From the sequence record NC_019709.1: a DNA stretch of 41,567 nt. One strand, written 5' to 3'. Shown in pieces: positions 27,300-36,029 of the stretch. Below the pieces are notes generated by a model. The model saw nothing but the letters and a program-made list of their open reading frames with translations, made no database searches and was not told where the DNA came from. A program made the translations under genes and the position numbers. Each line of letters starts with the position of its first letter. The stretch's first letter is position 1. This DNA is from Escherichia phage mEpX1.

Positions 27300-27482
27300 T
27301 CAGAATGGTTTGTATCCATGTTTAAAGGCGAAATCGTATGCCTCATCCTTAGTGCTGAAGTATTCATAATCAGCAAATCCATCACGATAAAACTTGCAGC
27401 ACCAATGAGGCGGAATGCCATCCTCAGGGCCATAGTTTTGATGGAAAACATCCTCGACGATTATATTTTCATCTTTTCCCAT
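27300..27482 (-). CDS. Hypothetical protein
   Basis: 60-aa ORF in the early-left operon. Confidence 0.35.
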   Translation of the reverse strand: MGKDENIIVEDVFHQNYGPEDGIPPHWCCKFYRDGFADYEYFSTKDEAYDFAFKHGYKPF

Positions 27483-27813
27483 ATCTCACCTCAAATAAGT
27501 GGTTTGCTGCGAAAGTAAATACGCTTAAGTTACCTGTTATTTATCCCACCAAGTTCCGCATCTATCTATCCAGTTACACCAATCATCGACACTCCATTTT
27601 GTTGTGTCGCATTTTGGCAACTGGCATGAATATCTACCTTCTTTGTAAAGTCGGCGTTTGACTTTCTTGAGCATGGCTCACCTCAATCGTAATAAGCTGG
27701 AATTGATTTTCTGCGTTGCTTCTGGCGGCCTGAGCAAGTCACACCCATTTCACAGCGTGGCTTGCGGTAGTAAATTAGGTTTGTTCAGACAATAAAAAAC
27801 CCACCGAAGTGGG

Positions 27814-28158
27814 CTATGACCATTTTTTATTTGGATTTCGTTGGTGAGCGTGATTAACAACTCTGTGCATTACATCCTCATATTTTTCATCTTCAATTTT
27901 TTCGACATCGCGAGGAAATGGTGTTGCTAATGCTTTGTCAACTTTGTCCATTGGTTCTTCATTAATCTTATATTCAGGACCGTCATCTATAGCATTAAAT
28001 CCAGGTGTTACACCGTTTTTTAATGCATATGCTATCCTTTTTTCCCATCTCGCTATTCTCCTCCTGTCTCGAGATGTAAGACCTCTATCAGATACTTTTC
28101 TGTTTTGTCCGCGGTCAGGATTAACATAAATAGTCTTTTTCACCATAAGCATACTCAA
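27814..28158 (-). CDS. Hypothetical protein
   Basis: 114-aa basic ORF coupled to the N-like gene. Confidence 0.45.
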   Translation of the reverse strand: MSMLMVKKTIYVNPDRGQNRKVSDRGLTSRDRRRIARWEKRIAYALKNGVTPGFNAIDDGPEYKINEEPMDKVDKALATPFPRDVEKIEDEKYEDVMHRVVNHAHQRNPNKKWS

Positions 28159-28460
28159 TAAGCACCGTACGGTAGTTTACTGTACAATTTTATTTTTTGG
28201 ACTGCATGTATTTTGTTTCCTAATGGGTTTGAATCTTTGTAATAAATACTTCTATTTTTTCGAACGACTTCTTCTTTCTTCTTGCAGCAAAGTCTTCCTA
28301 GTGATGCTGCTTTGTCTGCTCTGACGCAACCAGAGAGCTTTAGCGCAATTTTTCGCGCCAGTGCTTCATTACTGCGTCGCTCGGCAATAAGTTCTGCTCT
28401 GCGAGCTTTGTAGCGGCTTTTTGCCGTACCTTTGGATTCTTTCCAGACAATGGTTACCAT
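28155..28460 (-). CDS. N-like transcription antiterminator (Arg-rich motif)
   Basis: First leftward gene after nutL; N-terminal Arg-rich motif KSRYKARRAELIAERR; start ATG 28460 with SD aaggag. Confidence 0.5.
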   Translation of the reverse strand: MVTIVWKESKGTAKSRYKARRAELIAERRSNEALARKIALKLSGCVRADKAASLGRLCCKKKEEVVRKNRSIYYKDSNPLGNKIHAVQKIKLYSKLPYGAY

Positions 28461-28570
28461 GATGGTCTCCTTTAAGTGGCTTTGGCGCATGACGCGTCGA
28501 GGTGCTTATCTTCTCGATCGCTGTCTTGCAGCTGCAATTCGCGCCATCCCCAAAACCACTCAAGTTCTGG

Positions 28571-28610
28571 TCTCAACGGTTAGGTTGAGAGTCCGTCGAT
28601 GTTAAAGAGC
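28571..28610 (-). promoter_or_regulatory. nutL candidate (boxA plus boxB)
   Basis: Minus strand reads GCTCTTTAAC (boxA-like), spacer, then hairpin tctcaac-CTAACC-gttgaga; loop identical to the nutR candidate. Confidence 0.5.
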
Positions 28611-28654
28611 CTGCCAATCTGTTCCTTGTGGCGTCTCAGCGTCCTGCTGATGGA

Positions 28655-28735
28655 AATGATAGTCACATATTGTGATTTAATGGTCAATCACAAAATGTGT
28701 AAAATAAAGGTGTGACACGTTATGTGTATGATTTT
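28655..28735 (-). promoter_or_regulatory. OL operators with PL promoter
   Basis: Three dyad-symmetric sites of the form ATCACA-N3-TGTGT (tcacatattgtga; atcacaaaatgtgtaa; gtgtgacacg), nearly identical to sites at OR. Confidence 0.55.
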
Positions 28736-28935
28736 TTTGTGTAAATAGTTTTACCCGCGATGGTTTTGCTTACTTAAGTCGGTGGCAACAGCAGGATGGG
28801 TGCTGAAAAGTTCGAAAAACGAGCGAATGGGGTGGTGGCGAGATGGCGGGATATGGGAGTTGTATTAAGAATTATAGTAATTTAATCAATAGTTTGGACC
28901 GGCTGGCAGGTGCTGTCCTGATAGTGATCGGCGGG

Positions 28936-28962
28936 CAATAAAAAACCCGGCGCGGTGGCCGG
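28936..28962 (-). terminator. Intrinsic terminator ending the cI-cassette transcript
   Basis: Minus strand: stem cccggc/gccggg with caccgc loop then ttttttatt, 9 nt after the stop of the 310-aa gene. Confidence 0.6.
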
Positions 28963-28970
28963 GTGAGATA

Positions 28971-29903
28971 TTAAAGAACCGATTTAACAAGATGGTTTTT
29001 ACGGTACAGACCTATGCGATCATTGTGAATCTCAGTAGTCTCCACTAAAAGAGAAACAATCTGTCCGACCTTGTGTTTTTTTTGTATTAAATCTAGCATT
29101 TCAATTGGATAGGAAGCCTTTAAATGTTCACCACCAACATCAAGCTCCAGCTTCCCATATTTGGATAGAACGACCAGTTCGCCTGTAACCGTTTCAGTAA
29201 TGGGAGGGGATGAAATGGTTGATGTAAGTCTACTCACCAAGTACTTAATTTTATTGGAGTCAATAGTTGCCACCTTGGTGCCATTACTAAATGGACCGGT
29301 CCAACTTGCATCAAATGTTAAGTTGTGTTTATCGCATTCCTCTACGATTCTCTTAAGGCTTACAGTGGAATTGTATCCAATTTCAGCGACGTGATTCATG
29401 AAGTTGTTGTCGTCATCGCTTAACAACAAATCGAATATGCCTTTTACAGCCTTGCTGGGTACTGTTTCTACTAATTCTGCTATTCCTGTAGAGAAGGTGA
29501 CGCCCAATTTTGTAGACCCAGGGGATAAATCAGCCAGCCTGAGGTTTAAGGAGCTTTTCACGTCGTAGGGAACTTTTTTTGAGTCCTTGCCTGAGGCAAT
29601 TTTGTGTGTTGCTCTTTGTATTAGCGCTGCAAGATTTGTTGAAATAGCCCCAAGCAGCTCTAAAGGAATAGAGCCAAAGTCAACCTCAGAGCCTTTCAGC
29701 CGCAGCTCAAAAAAATCGATAAGTGGGTGCCGACTATCTTGCTTTAATTTTTCGGCCTTCAAATCGCTCAGATGAGAATCCATGGAGCGATAAAGAAGCA
29801 TGTCAGCAAAAGACCTGGTTTTGTTTTGCTTCATTGCATCGACTTCTTTTTGAATGAAATCAATGCGTTTATCGCAATTTTTAAACATTGATTTATCATT
29901 CAT
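28971..29903 (-). CDS. Hypothetical 310-aa protein, partner of the NTase-like gene (no recognisable motifs)
   Basis: AT-rich ORF; start overlaps upstream stop (ATGA); no TM helices or catalytic motifs seen by eye. Confidence 0.6.
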   Translation of the reverse strand: MNDKSMFKNCDKRIDFIQKEVDAMKQNKTRSFADMLLYRSMDSHLSDLKAEKLKQDSRHPLIDFFELRLKGSEVDFGSIPLELLGAISTNLAALIQRATHKIASGKDSKKVPYDVKSSLNLRLADLSPGSTKLGVTFSTGIAELVETVPSKAVKGIFDLLLSDDDNNFMNHVAEIGYNSTVSLKRIVEECDKHNLTFDASWTGPFSNGTKVATIDSNKIKYLVSRLTSTISSPPITETVTGELVVLSKYGKLELDVGGEHLKASYPIEMLDLIQKKHKVGQIVSLLVETTEIHNDRIGLYRKNHLVKSVL

Positions 29904-30379
29904 AAAAAAATCCTCACTAACCCTTTCGGGTTTTCACTGCGATCAAAACCAAACCAACCGCGCCAGTAGCTACGCCAGTACTCATAATCATAGTTAGGGT
30001 CATCTAAATTCTTCATGAGTAGTAGGACATCAATTTTGTAGTTTTGTTTGATGTAGTTTCGGTCAAGCAAATTATCGACGCGGCCCCGAAGCATGACAGG
30101 TATTGAGTTTATATTGCTATAGTCACATACCAACAAAATATCAATATCATCAGGCTCTGGTTTAGACGTGGTGTATGAACCATCAACCCATATTTCTGTA
30201 AAACAGCCATATTGAGCAGATAATTCTCGAATAGATTCGAGTAGCTGTATAAAATTACAGTATAGCATGCCTCGCCTGGATGATGAAGGAAAGCAATCGA
30301 CACAATACGATTTTAATCCAGCTTCATCCATGTCATGGAACCCTGGCTCAAACAGGGGTGGGTAATTAATTTTATCCAT
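29900..30379 (-). CDS. Small protein with polymerase-beta-type nucleotidyltransferase signature
   Basis: 159 aa; GS-x9-DIDILLV (VDGSYTTSKPEPDDIDILLV) plus a downstream acidic strand (KIDVLLL); AT-rich; SD agg 7 nt before ATG; immediately downstream of cI. Confidence 0.55.
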   Translation of the reverse strand: MDKINYPPLFEPGFHDMDEAGLKSYCVDCFPSSSRRGMLYCNFIQLLESIRELSAQYGCFTEIWVDGSYTTSKPEPDDIDILLVCDYSNINSIPVMLRGRVDNLLDRNYIKQNYKIDVLLLMKNLDDPNYDYEYWRSYWRGWFGFDRSENPKGLVRIFL

Positions 30380-30528
30380 AAAAAACCTTGCTATACATTT
30401 GTTTTTTTTATTAAAAATCTAACCACCGAAATGGTGACGGCAAGATGTTACATGGGGTTACAATCAGCCAATACACCGCATTAAATAATTTTTTCACCAG
30501 CTATGCGCCGACCAGAACACCTTGCCGA

Positions 30529-31176
30529 TCAGCCAAACGTCTCTTCAGGCCACTGCGCCTTAACTACCTTGCCTATGATGCGGCAGCTATGGTCGCAATC
30601 CAGGGTTCTATATGCCGGGTTTAAAGGTACCAGGTAACTAACCCCTGCATCCTTCTCATACTTCTTGAACGTTGCCTCTGAATCACCATTTGCAGAAGCC
30701 ACGCAGAAATCCCCAGACTCTACCGGCTCAGCCGGATCAACGAGTATCAGCATGCCTTCCGGAAAACTTGGACGAACCCCCTGAGGCGCCGTCATTGAAT
30801 GCCCCTTCACCTCAAGCCAGAAAGCTTTTTCGCTGGCTTTTGTGGTCGTTGGGACCCATGCCTTTGCATCGCTGGCTGTGTAGCTTCCCACCTCCGAAAA
30901 TGGCCCGGCCTGCACTGAAGAAAATAACGGGTATTCATATTGGCGAAATACGGCGTCTGAATCCTCGCCAAACATTATTTTTGCCGGAGATACGCCGAGT
31001 GCCGCCCCAAGAACCAGCGCGTCATCCGCGCTAACCTTTCTTGTTCCTAACTCGTAGTTCCCCAGGCGTGAAGGCGCAGCCCAGCCGCAAAGCTTGGCCA
31101 ATTGAGCCTGGCTAAGTCCTTTAGCTTCTCTAAGGGACTTTATCCTTTCCCCGATAATTTCATGCATCGTTTTCAT
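30529..31176 (-). CDS. cI: CI-type repressor (HTH plus S24 LexA-like peptidase)
   Basis: N-terminal HTH ([11 protein letters not shown]), Ala-Gly cleavage site (VQAGP), catalytic Ser (GHSM) and Lys (IGKVV); divergent from cro across OR. Confidence 0.85.
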   Translation of the reverse strand: MKTMHEIIGERIKSLREAKGLSQAQLAKLCGWAAPSRLGNYELGTRKVSADDALVLGAALGVSPAKIMFGEDSDAVFRQYEYPLFSSVQAGPFSEVGSYTASDAKAWVPTTTKASEKAFWLEVKGHSMTAPQGVRPSFPEGMLILVDPAEPVESGDFCVASANGDSEATFKKYEKDAGVSYLVPLNPAYRTLDCDHSCRIIGKVVKAQWPEETFG

Positions 31177-31183
31177 CCCTTAA

Positions 31184-31270
31184 ATGTAACACGCAACGTG
31201 ATTGAACTCTGTACACGAATTGAGGTTGACTGTTAATCACAAATTGTGTGTAATGGGTGTGTGATTAATG
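31184..31270. promoter_or_regulatory. OR operators with divergent PRM and PR promoters
   Basis: Dyad sites acacgcaacgtgat, aatcacaaattgtgtgtaa and gtgtgtgattaa; PR candidate TTGACT (31226-31231), 17 bp, TGTAAT (31249-31254). Confidence 0.6.
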
Positions 31271-31284
31271 CTAGGGAGACCGCA

Positions 31285-31503
31285 ATGAACAAAATTGCCC
31301 AGCAGCGAAAAAAAATCGGAGTTTCGCAAGCTGTACTAGCTTCGGCAATTGGTTGGGGGCAATCCCGCATCGCCAACTATGAGCTGAATATCCGTACTCC
31401 TGGCCTTAACGATTGCCGAATGATCGTAGAAGGCCTCAGGAAGTTAGGGTGCCAATGTTCTTTGGATGATGTTTTCCCTCCATCCAGTAACAAAGCCGCC
31501 TAA
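31285..31503 (+). CDS. cro: Cro-like repressor
   Basis: 72 aa from ATG 31285 (SD gggagac); HTH (IGVSQAVLASAIGWGQSRIANYE); divergent from cI. Confidence 0.7.
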   Translation: MNKIAQQRKKIGVSQAVLASAIGWGQSRIANYELNIRTPGLNDCRMIVEGLRKLGCQCSLDDVFPPSSNKAA

Positions 31504-31510
31504 GCAGTAC

Positions 31511-31560
31511 CCGCTCTTTAACAGTCATGGCCTTTCACCTCTAACCGGGTGAGCAAACAT
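31511..31560 (+). promoter_or_regulatory. nutR candidate (boxA plus boxB)
   Basis: CGCTCTTTAACA (boxA-like) then hairpin cacct-CTAACC-gggtg; same loop as nutL. Confidence 0.5.
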
Positions 31561-31620
31561 CAGCGGCAAATCCATTGGGTGTGCCGCTATAACTCAATAT
31601 CAATATAGGAAAATTAACAA

Positions 31621-31917
31621 ATGGCACAAGCAAGCTACAGCAAGCCAACACAGCGAGAAATTGATCGCGCTGAAACTGATTTACTCATCAACCTGTCAAC
31701 GCTTACCCAGCGCGGTCTGGCAAAGATGATTGGCTGTCATGAATCGAAGATAAGCAGAACGGACTGGAGATTTATTGCTTCGGTCTTGTGTGCTTTCGGA
31801 ATGGCATCAGACATCAGTCCGATTAGCAGGGCTTTTAAGTATGCGCTTGATGGAATCACAAAGAAAAAATCCCCGGCCGCCACCGAGGATTTTAAGCAAA
31901 TTGATATGCAATTCTGA
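31621..31917 (+). CDS. cII: CII-like transcriptional activator
   Basis: 98 aa; HTH region and C-terminus KKKSPAATEDFKQIDMQF resemble lambda CII (...KKRPAATERSEQIQMEF) as recalled. Confidence 0.75.
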   Translation: MAQASYSKPTQREIDRAETDLLINLSTLTQRGLAKMIGCHESKISRTDWRFIASVLCAFGMASDISPISRAFKYALDGITKKKSPAATEDFKQIDMQF

Positions 31918-31949
31918 GGGAATTACTGGATCAATCCACAGGAGTCATT

Positions 31950-32795
31950 ATGACAAATACAGCAAAAATACTCAACTTCGGCAGAGGTAACTTTGCCGAA
32001 CAGGAGCGAAGAGTGGCTGATATCGATGATGGTTACACCAGATTCGCTAACGAGCTGCTGGAAGCTATCGCAAGTGCCGATTTAACCGCTCGCCAGTTGA
32101 AAGTTATGCTGGCCTACGTCCGGAAAACATATGGATTCAATAAGAAAACAGATCGAATAGCCGATGAGCAAATTTCTCAGTTAACAGGACTGTCAAGGCA
32201 GAATGTTAACAAGGCTAAAAAAGAACTGATTTCAATGAATTGCCTGTTTATGGATGGAAATCAAATCGGTGTAAACAGGGAGGTATCTGCGTGGCAATTC
32301 AGCAAGTGTCTCCAAGTTAGCAACTTTGTCTCGAAGTTAGAGACAAAAAATGTCTCCAAATTAGAGACACTCAATGTCTCGAAGTTAGAGACACACAAAA
32401 GACATTCTTTAAAGACAAAAGAAAATATTAATAAACCCCCTATATCCCCCAAAAAAGTTTCTCAGAAGTTCGACCCGCTAGAAACAGAGTTGCCTGATTG
32501 GTTATCAGCAGAAACATGGTTGTCGTGGGTTACCTATCGCAAGGAGATAGGTAAGTCGATCAAGTCTAAGCAAAGTGTCACTCAGGCTATCAACGTTCTA
32601 AGCAGAAGTCTGGAGAAGGGATATACACCTGAAGAAATTATAAACCAGAGCATCGCCAGTGGTTGGCAGGGGATTTTTGAACCCAAGACTCCAAAGGGGA
32701 AATCTCAACCGAGGCCGCAGCAGCGAGCTATGCAGGAAAACTTTACCGCCAAAGATTACGGGCAAACTGAAATGCCTTCATGGGCGCAGGAGTGA
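31950..32795 (+). CDS. O: Replication initiator O
   Basis: 281 aa; iterons are embedded in the coding sequence as in lambda O; followed by helicase loader gene. Confidence 0.8.
   Translation: MTNTAKILNFGRGNFAEQERRVADIDDGYTRFANELLEAIASADLTARQLKVMLAYVRKTYGFNKKTDRIADEQISQLTGLSRQNVNKAKKELISMNCLFMDGNQIGVNREVSAWQFSKCLQVSNFVSKLETKNVSKLETLNVSKLETHKRHSLKTKENINKPPISPKKVSQKFDPLETELPDWLSAETWLSWVTYRKEIGKSIKSKQSVTQAINVLSRSLEKGYTPEEIINQSIASGWQGIFEPKTPKGKSQPRPQQRAMQENFTAKDYGQTEMPSWAQE
32307..32394. repeat. Replication origin iterons inside O
   Basis: Four ~19-bp direct repeats, each an internal dyad (tgtctc-[gc]-aa-[ga]-ttagagaca), followed by an AT-rich stretch at 32395-32440. Confidence 0.75.
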
Positions 32796-32797
32796 AT

Positions 32798-33691
32798 ATG
32801 AATACGACAAATGGTTACAATCTGGCACTGCAAAGGCAACTTGTAGACTCAAAAATCAATGACATTTCTGATCTGAAACAGAAACTTGAGTTTAGCAAAA
32901 TTGGATCAGCATCAGATGGAATGTCAGTTACCAGCACAGTGGAAGAGTGCGAGAAACACGGTAAATATACTTCCTATGAGAAATATCTGACCATCTCAGG
33001 AAAAAGAATTACTTCAAGTAAATCTGAGTGCCCACAGTGCCTTGAGGAGAAAATTCGTAAGAAAGAGATTGAACGTGAGCAGGCAGAACAAAGAGCAAGA
33101 CAATCAAAAATTGAATATTTGTTGAATTCTCTCAATATTCCAGAGAGGTTCAAAAATTGCACTCTTCAGAATTATGAGCCTGTTAACGATGATGCAAAGC
33201 GAGTTCTTAAGGTATGCCAGGCATATGCCAGTAAGTGGCCTGAACGCCTTCAAAAAGGTGGCGGACTGGTCATGTGTGGTAAGCCTGGAACTGGAAAGAA
33301 CCACCTTGCACTGGCTATCGCTAGGCACGCCATTATCGAGCATCAAAGCTCTGTGATATTTACCACTGCGTTGAAAATTGCCAGAGAGTACAAATCAACA
33401 TGGTCTAAGGCCGCAACCAGAACTGAAGAAGAAGTCATTAGGCAATTTACGCATCCTGACTTGTTAATAATCGATGAGGTTGGCGTGCAGTTCGGCAGTG
33501 ATGCTGAAAAGCTAATCATGTTCGAAATTATCAACACCAGATATGAATACATGAAGCCAACAATCCTGATTAGTAATCAGAGCAAAGATGAACTGTCTGC
33601 ATTCATTGGTGAGCGTGTTATTGACAGGATGAATGATGGCGGCGGGTGCACTCTTGCGTTTACATGGGATAGTTACAGGAGCAGATCGTGA
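32798..33691 (+). CDS. DnaC-like helicase loader (AAA+ ATPase)
   Basis: Walker A GKPGTGKNHLA and Walker B LLIIDEVG; start overlaps O stop; track ORF starts at 32780. Confidence 0.8.
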   Translation: MNTTNGYNLALQRQLVDSKINDISDLKQKLEFSKIGSASDGMSVTSTVEECEKHGKYTSYEKYLTISGKRITSSKSECPQCLEEKIRKKEIEREQAEQRARQSKIEYLLNSLNIPERFKNCTLQNYEPVNDDAKRVLKVCQAYASKWPERLQKGGGLVMCGKPGTGKNHLALAIARHAIIEHQSSVIFTTALKIAREYKSTWSKAATRTEEEVIRQFTHPDLLIIDEVGVQFGSDAEKLIMFEIINTRYEYMKPTILISNQSKDELSAFIGERVIDRMNDGGGCTLAFTWDSYRSRS

Positions 33692-33978
33692 CTGGAAAAG
33701 AAATCATCCTGGAATATCTGAAAACTCATGAACAATTCTCCCCACATGAATTAGCACTGATCACAGGAATACCAAATAACAGAATCGCTCAAGCAGCAAG
33801 GCATATGGTGAAACAAGGGCATTTGAGTGTTGTTGAGCGTAAGTGGAAGACGGTTATTTATGCAAAACGCAAAGTGAAGAAGGAGCCAATTAAAAGAAAT
33901 CCAGATGGTACTGGGTGGGGATGTGCAAATCCAATGACGGCGTTTATTAATAGGGCGCTTATGGAGGTAAGGCAATGA
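33688..33978 (+). CDS. Hypothetical winged-helix-like protein
   Basis: 96-aa basic ORF coupled to the loader gene stop. Confidence 0.4.
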   Translation: MTGKEIILEYLKTHEQFSPHELALITGIPNNRIAQAARHMVKQGHLSVVERKWKTVIYAKRKVKKEPIKRNPDGTGWGCANPMTAFINRALMEVRQ

Positions 33979-34050
33979 CCATCTACATCACTGAGCTAAT
34001 AACAGGCCTGCTGGTAATCGCAGGCCTTTTTATTTGGGGGAGAGTAAATC

Positions 34051-34257
34051 GTGGCTGAGTTGATTTTCTCTGCATTGAGGATTCTCGGTGCTATGTGGAT
34101 GGTGGCGACGTTCATTGTGGTTGCTGGCTGTTTTGTCCTGTTGGTAGGCGAAGGTAAAGACCTGGTGGGTGTGCTTTTCGGTAGCATTTTTCTGTGGGTG
34201 ATTATCGGTGTTATGCCTGTTGTCGTAGCAAAAGTGGCGTGGCGTTTTGTGAGTTGA
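34051..34257 (+). CDS. Small membrane protein (two predicted TM helices)
   Basis: 68 aa, GTG start with SD ggggagag; two hydrophobic stretches. Confidence 0.45.
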   Translation: MAELIFSALRILGAMWMVATFIVVAGCFVLLVGEGKDLVGVLFGSIFLWVIIGVMPVVVAKVAWRFVS

Positions 34258-34264
34258 GGTAACG

Positions 34265-34675
34265 ATGAAGCAAACAATCTTCCTCCGAACTAAGCAACAA
34301 CAGCAAGCCGCAATCAACGCCATCCTCGAAACTCCTCTCGATAAAGACAAGCCAGTCACCATCCGCATTACTGACTACAAGCGCAACCTTGACCAGAACG
34401 CAAAATTTCACGCGATGCTGGCGGATATCGCACGTCAGGTTCAATGGTGCGGAAAATGGTTAAAACCGGAACAATGGAAGGTTTTGTTGATCAGCGGTCA
34501 TGCAGTGGCAACAAAGCAGGAAGCTGATGTTTTGCCCGGCCTTGAAGGCGAATACGTCAACATTAGGGAGAGCAGCGCACAGATGAGCGTGAAGCGTATG
34601 GCAAGTCTGATCGAGTACACAACAGCATGGGCTATTGGTCAGGGTGTCAGATTTACCGACAGGAGGTACGAATGA
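34265..34675 (+). CDS. ninB: NinB
   Basis: 136 aa; matches the lambda NinB pattern as recalled ([27 protein letters not shown]). Confidence 0.8.
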   Translation: MKQTIFLRTKQQQQAAINAILETPLDKDKPVTIRITDYKRNLDQNAKFHAMLADIARQVQWCGKWLKPEQWKVLLISGHAVATKQEADVLPGLEGEYVNIRESSAQMSVKRMASLIEYTTAWAIGQGVRFTDRRYE

Positions 34676-34854
34676 GACGACAGCGACGAAGTTTCACCGA
34701 CATCACCTGCGAAAACTGCAAATACCTTCCAACGAAACGCTCCAGAAATAAACGCAAGCCAATCCCAAAAGAATCTGACGTAAAAACCTTCAACTACACG
34801 GCTCACCTGTGGGATATCCGGTGGCTTAGGGAACGTGCGAGGAAAACAAGGTGA
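34672..34854 (+). CDS. ninE: NinE
   Basis: 60 aa from [23 protein letters not shown], close to lambda NinE as recalled; ATGA overlap with ninB stop. Confidence 0.7.
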   Translation: MRRQRRSFTDITCENCKYLPTKRSRNKRKPIPKESDVKTFNYTAHLWDIRWLRERARKTR

Positions 34855-35021
34855 TTGACCCAAATCGAAGTTACGAACAAGAAAGCGTCGAGCGGGCTTT
34901 AACGTGCGCTAACTGCGGTCAGAAGCTGCATGTGCTTGAAGTTCACGTGTGTGAGCACTGCTGCGCAGAACTGATGAGCGATCCGAATAGCTCAATGTAC
35001 GAGGAAGAAGACGATGAGTGA
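34851..35021 (+). CDS. ninF: NinF
   Basis: 56 aa, GTG start; Cys-rich sequence [28 protein letters not shown] matches lambda NinF as recalled; below the ORF-track length cutoff. Confidence 0.6.
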   Translation: MIDPNRSYEQESVERALTCANCGQKLHVLEVHVCEHCCAELMSDPNSSMYEEEDDE

Positions 35022-35739
35022 GTTAATAAATGGCAACGCCATCAAAATGACAAGCATTGAAATCGCTGAGTTGGTAGAAAGCCGCCATAGCAATGTAAAA
35101 GTATCCATAGATAGATTGGTGAAGCGTGGCGTTATCAAGCCTCCTGCATTGCAGCACACTAACATAATCAATGATTTAGGTGTTATTACCGGGAAGCGTG
35201 ATTTCTACGTCTTCGAAGGCGAAAAAGGTAAGCGCGATAGCATTATTGTCGTTGCCCAGTTGTCGCCGGAATTCACCGCTCGCCTTGTTGACCGCTGGCG
35301 AGAGCTTGAAGAAGCTGCGGTTAATATCCCCAAAACGCTACCGGAAGCGTTGCGCCTTGCTGCTGATCTTGCTGAGCAGAAAATGCAACTGGAAAACCAG
35401 CTCGCAATTGCCGCACCTAAAGTTGAGTTTGCCGATCGAGTTGGCGAGGCCAGTGGAATTTTGATTGGAAACTTTGCAAAGATTGTTGGTATTGGTCCAA
35501 ACAAACTGTTTGCGTGGATGCGCGATCACAAAATCCTTATTGCTTCAGGTTCCCGGCGCAATGTGCCAATGCAGGAATATATGGATCGCGGCTATTTCAC
35601 AGTGAAAGAAACAGCGGTCAACACAAATCACGGAATACAGATATCGTTCACCACAAAAATCACCGGGCGTGGTCAACAGTGGCTGACCAGAAAGCTGCTC
35701 GATAACGGAATGCTGAAAGTAACAGGTGAGGCTGCTTAA
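35014..35739 (+). CDS. Rha/Roi-like phage regulatory protein (antirepressor family)
   Basis: 241 aa with Rha-like N-terminal region and KilAC-like C-terminal region; inserted in the nin region. Confidence 0.55.
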   Translation: MSELINGNAIKMTSIEIAELVESRHSNVKVSIDRLVKRGVIKPPALQHTNIINDLGVITGKRDFYVFEGEKGKRDSIIVVAQLSPEFTARLVDRWRELEEAAVNIPKTLPEALRLAADLAEQKMQLENQLAIAAPKVEFADRVGEASGILIGNFAKIVGIGPNKLFAWMRDHKILIASGSRRNVPMQEYMDRGYFTVKETAVNTNHGIQISFTTKITGRGQQWLTRKLLDNGMLKVTGEAA

Positions 35740-36029
35740 TGGCTAACCTACGCAAAGAAGCACGCGGCAGAGAATGTCAGGTACGTATTTACGGCGTATG
35801 CAATGGCAATCCTGAAACTACAGTTCTGGCACATTACCGGATGGCTGGAATTTGCGGAACGGGAATGAAACCTGACGACCTGATCGGCGCATGGGCTTGT
35901 AGTGACTGCCACGCGGAGATCGACCGGCGCACCCATAACCTCGACAACAAAGACGCCAGACTTTACCACCTCGAAGGCGTGATCAGGACGCAGGCGATAC
36001 TGCTGAAGGAGGGGAAGATTAAGCCATGA
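35739..36029 (+). CDS. Cys-rich zinc-binding protein (nin region)
   Basis: 96 aa with CxxC-like pairs (CQVRIYGVC, CSDCH). Confidence 0.45.
   Translation: MANLRKEARGRECQVRIYGVCNGNPETTVLAHYRMAGICGTGMKPDDLIGAWACSDCHAEIDRRTHNLDNKDARLYHLEGVIRTQAILLKEGKIKP

Noticed and set aside
28461-28490. Longer start (28490) for the N-like ORF
   Set aside because: The ATG at 28460 has a well-spaced SD (aaggag); the extension lacks one.
32307-32394. Direct repeats considered as a possible CRISPR array
   Set aside because: Only four ~19-bp repeats, each an internal palindrome, with 5-6-bp spacers, embedded in the O gene and followed by an AT-rich stretch: classic ori iterons.
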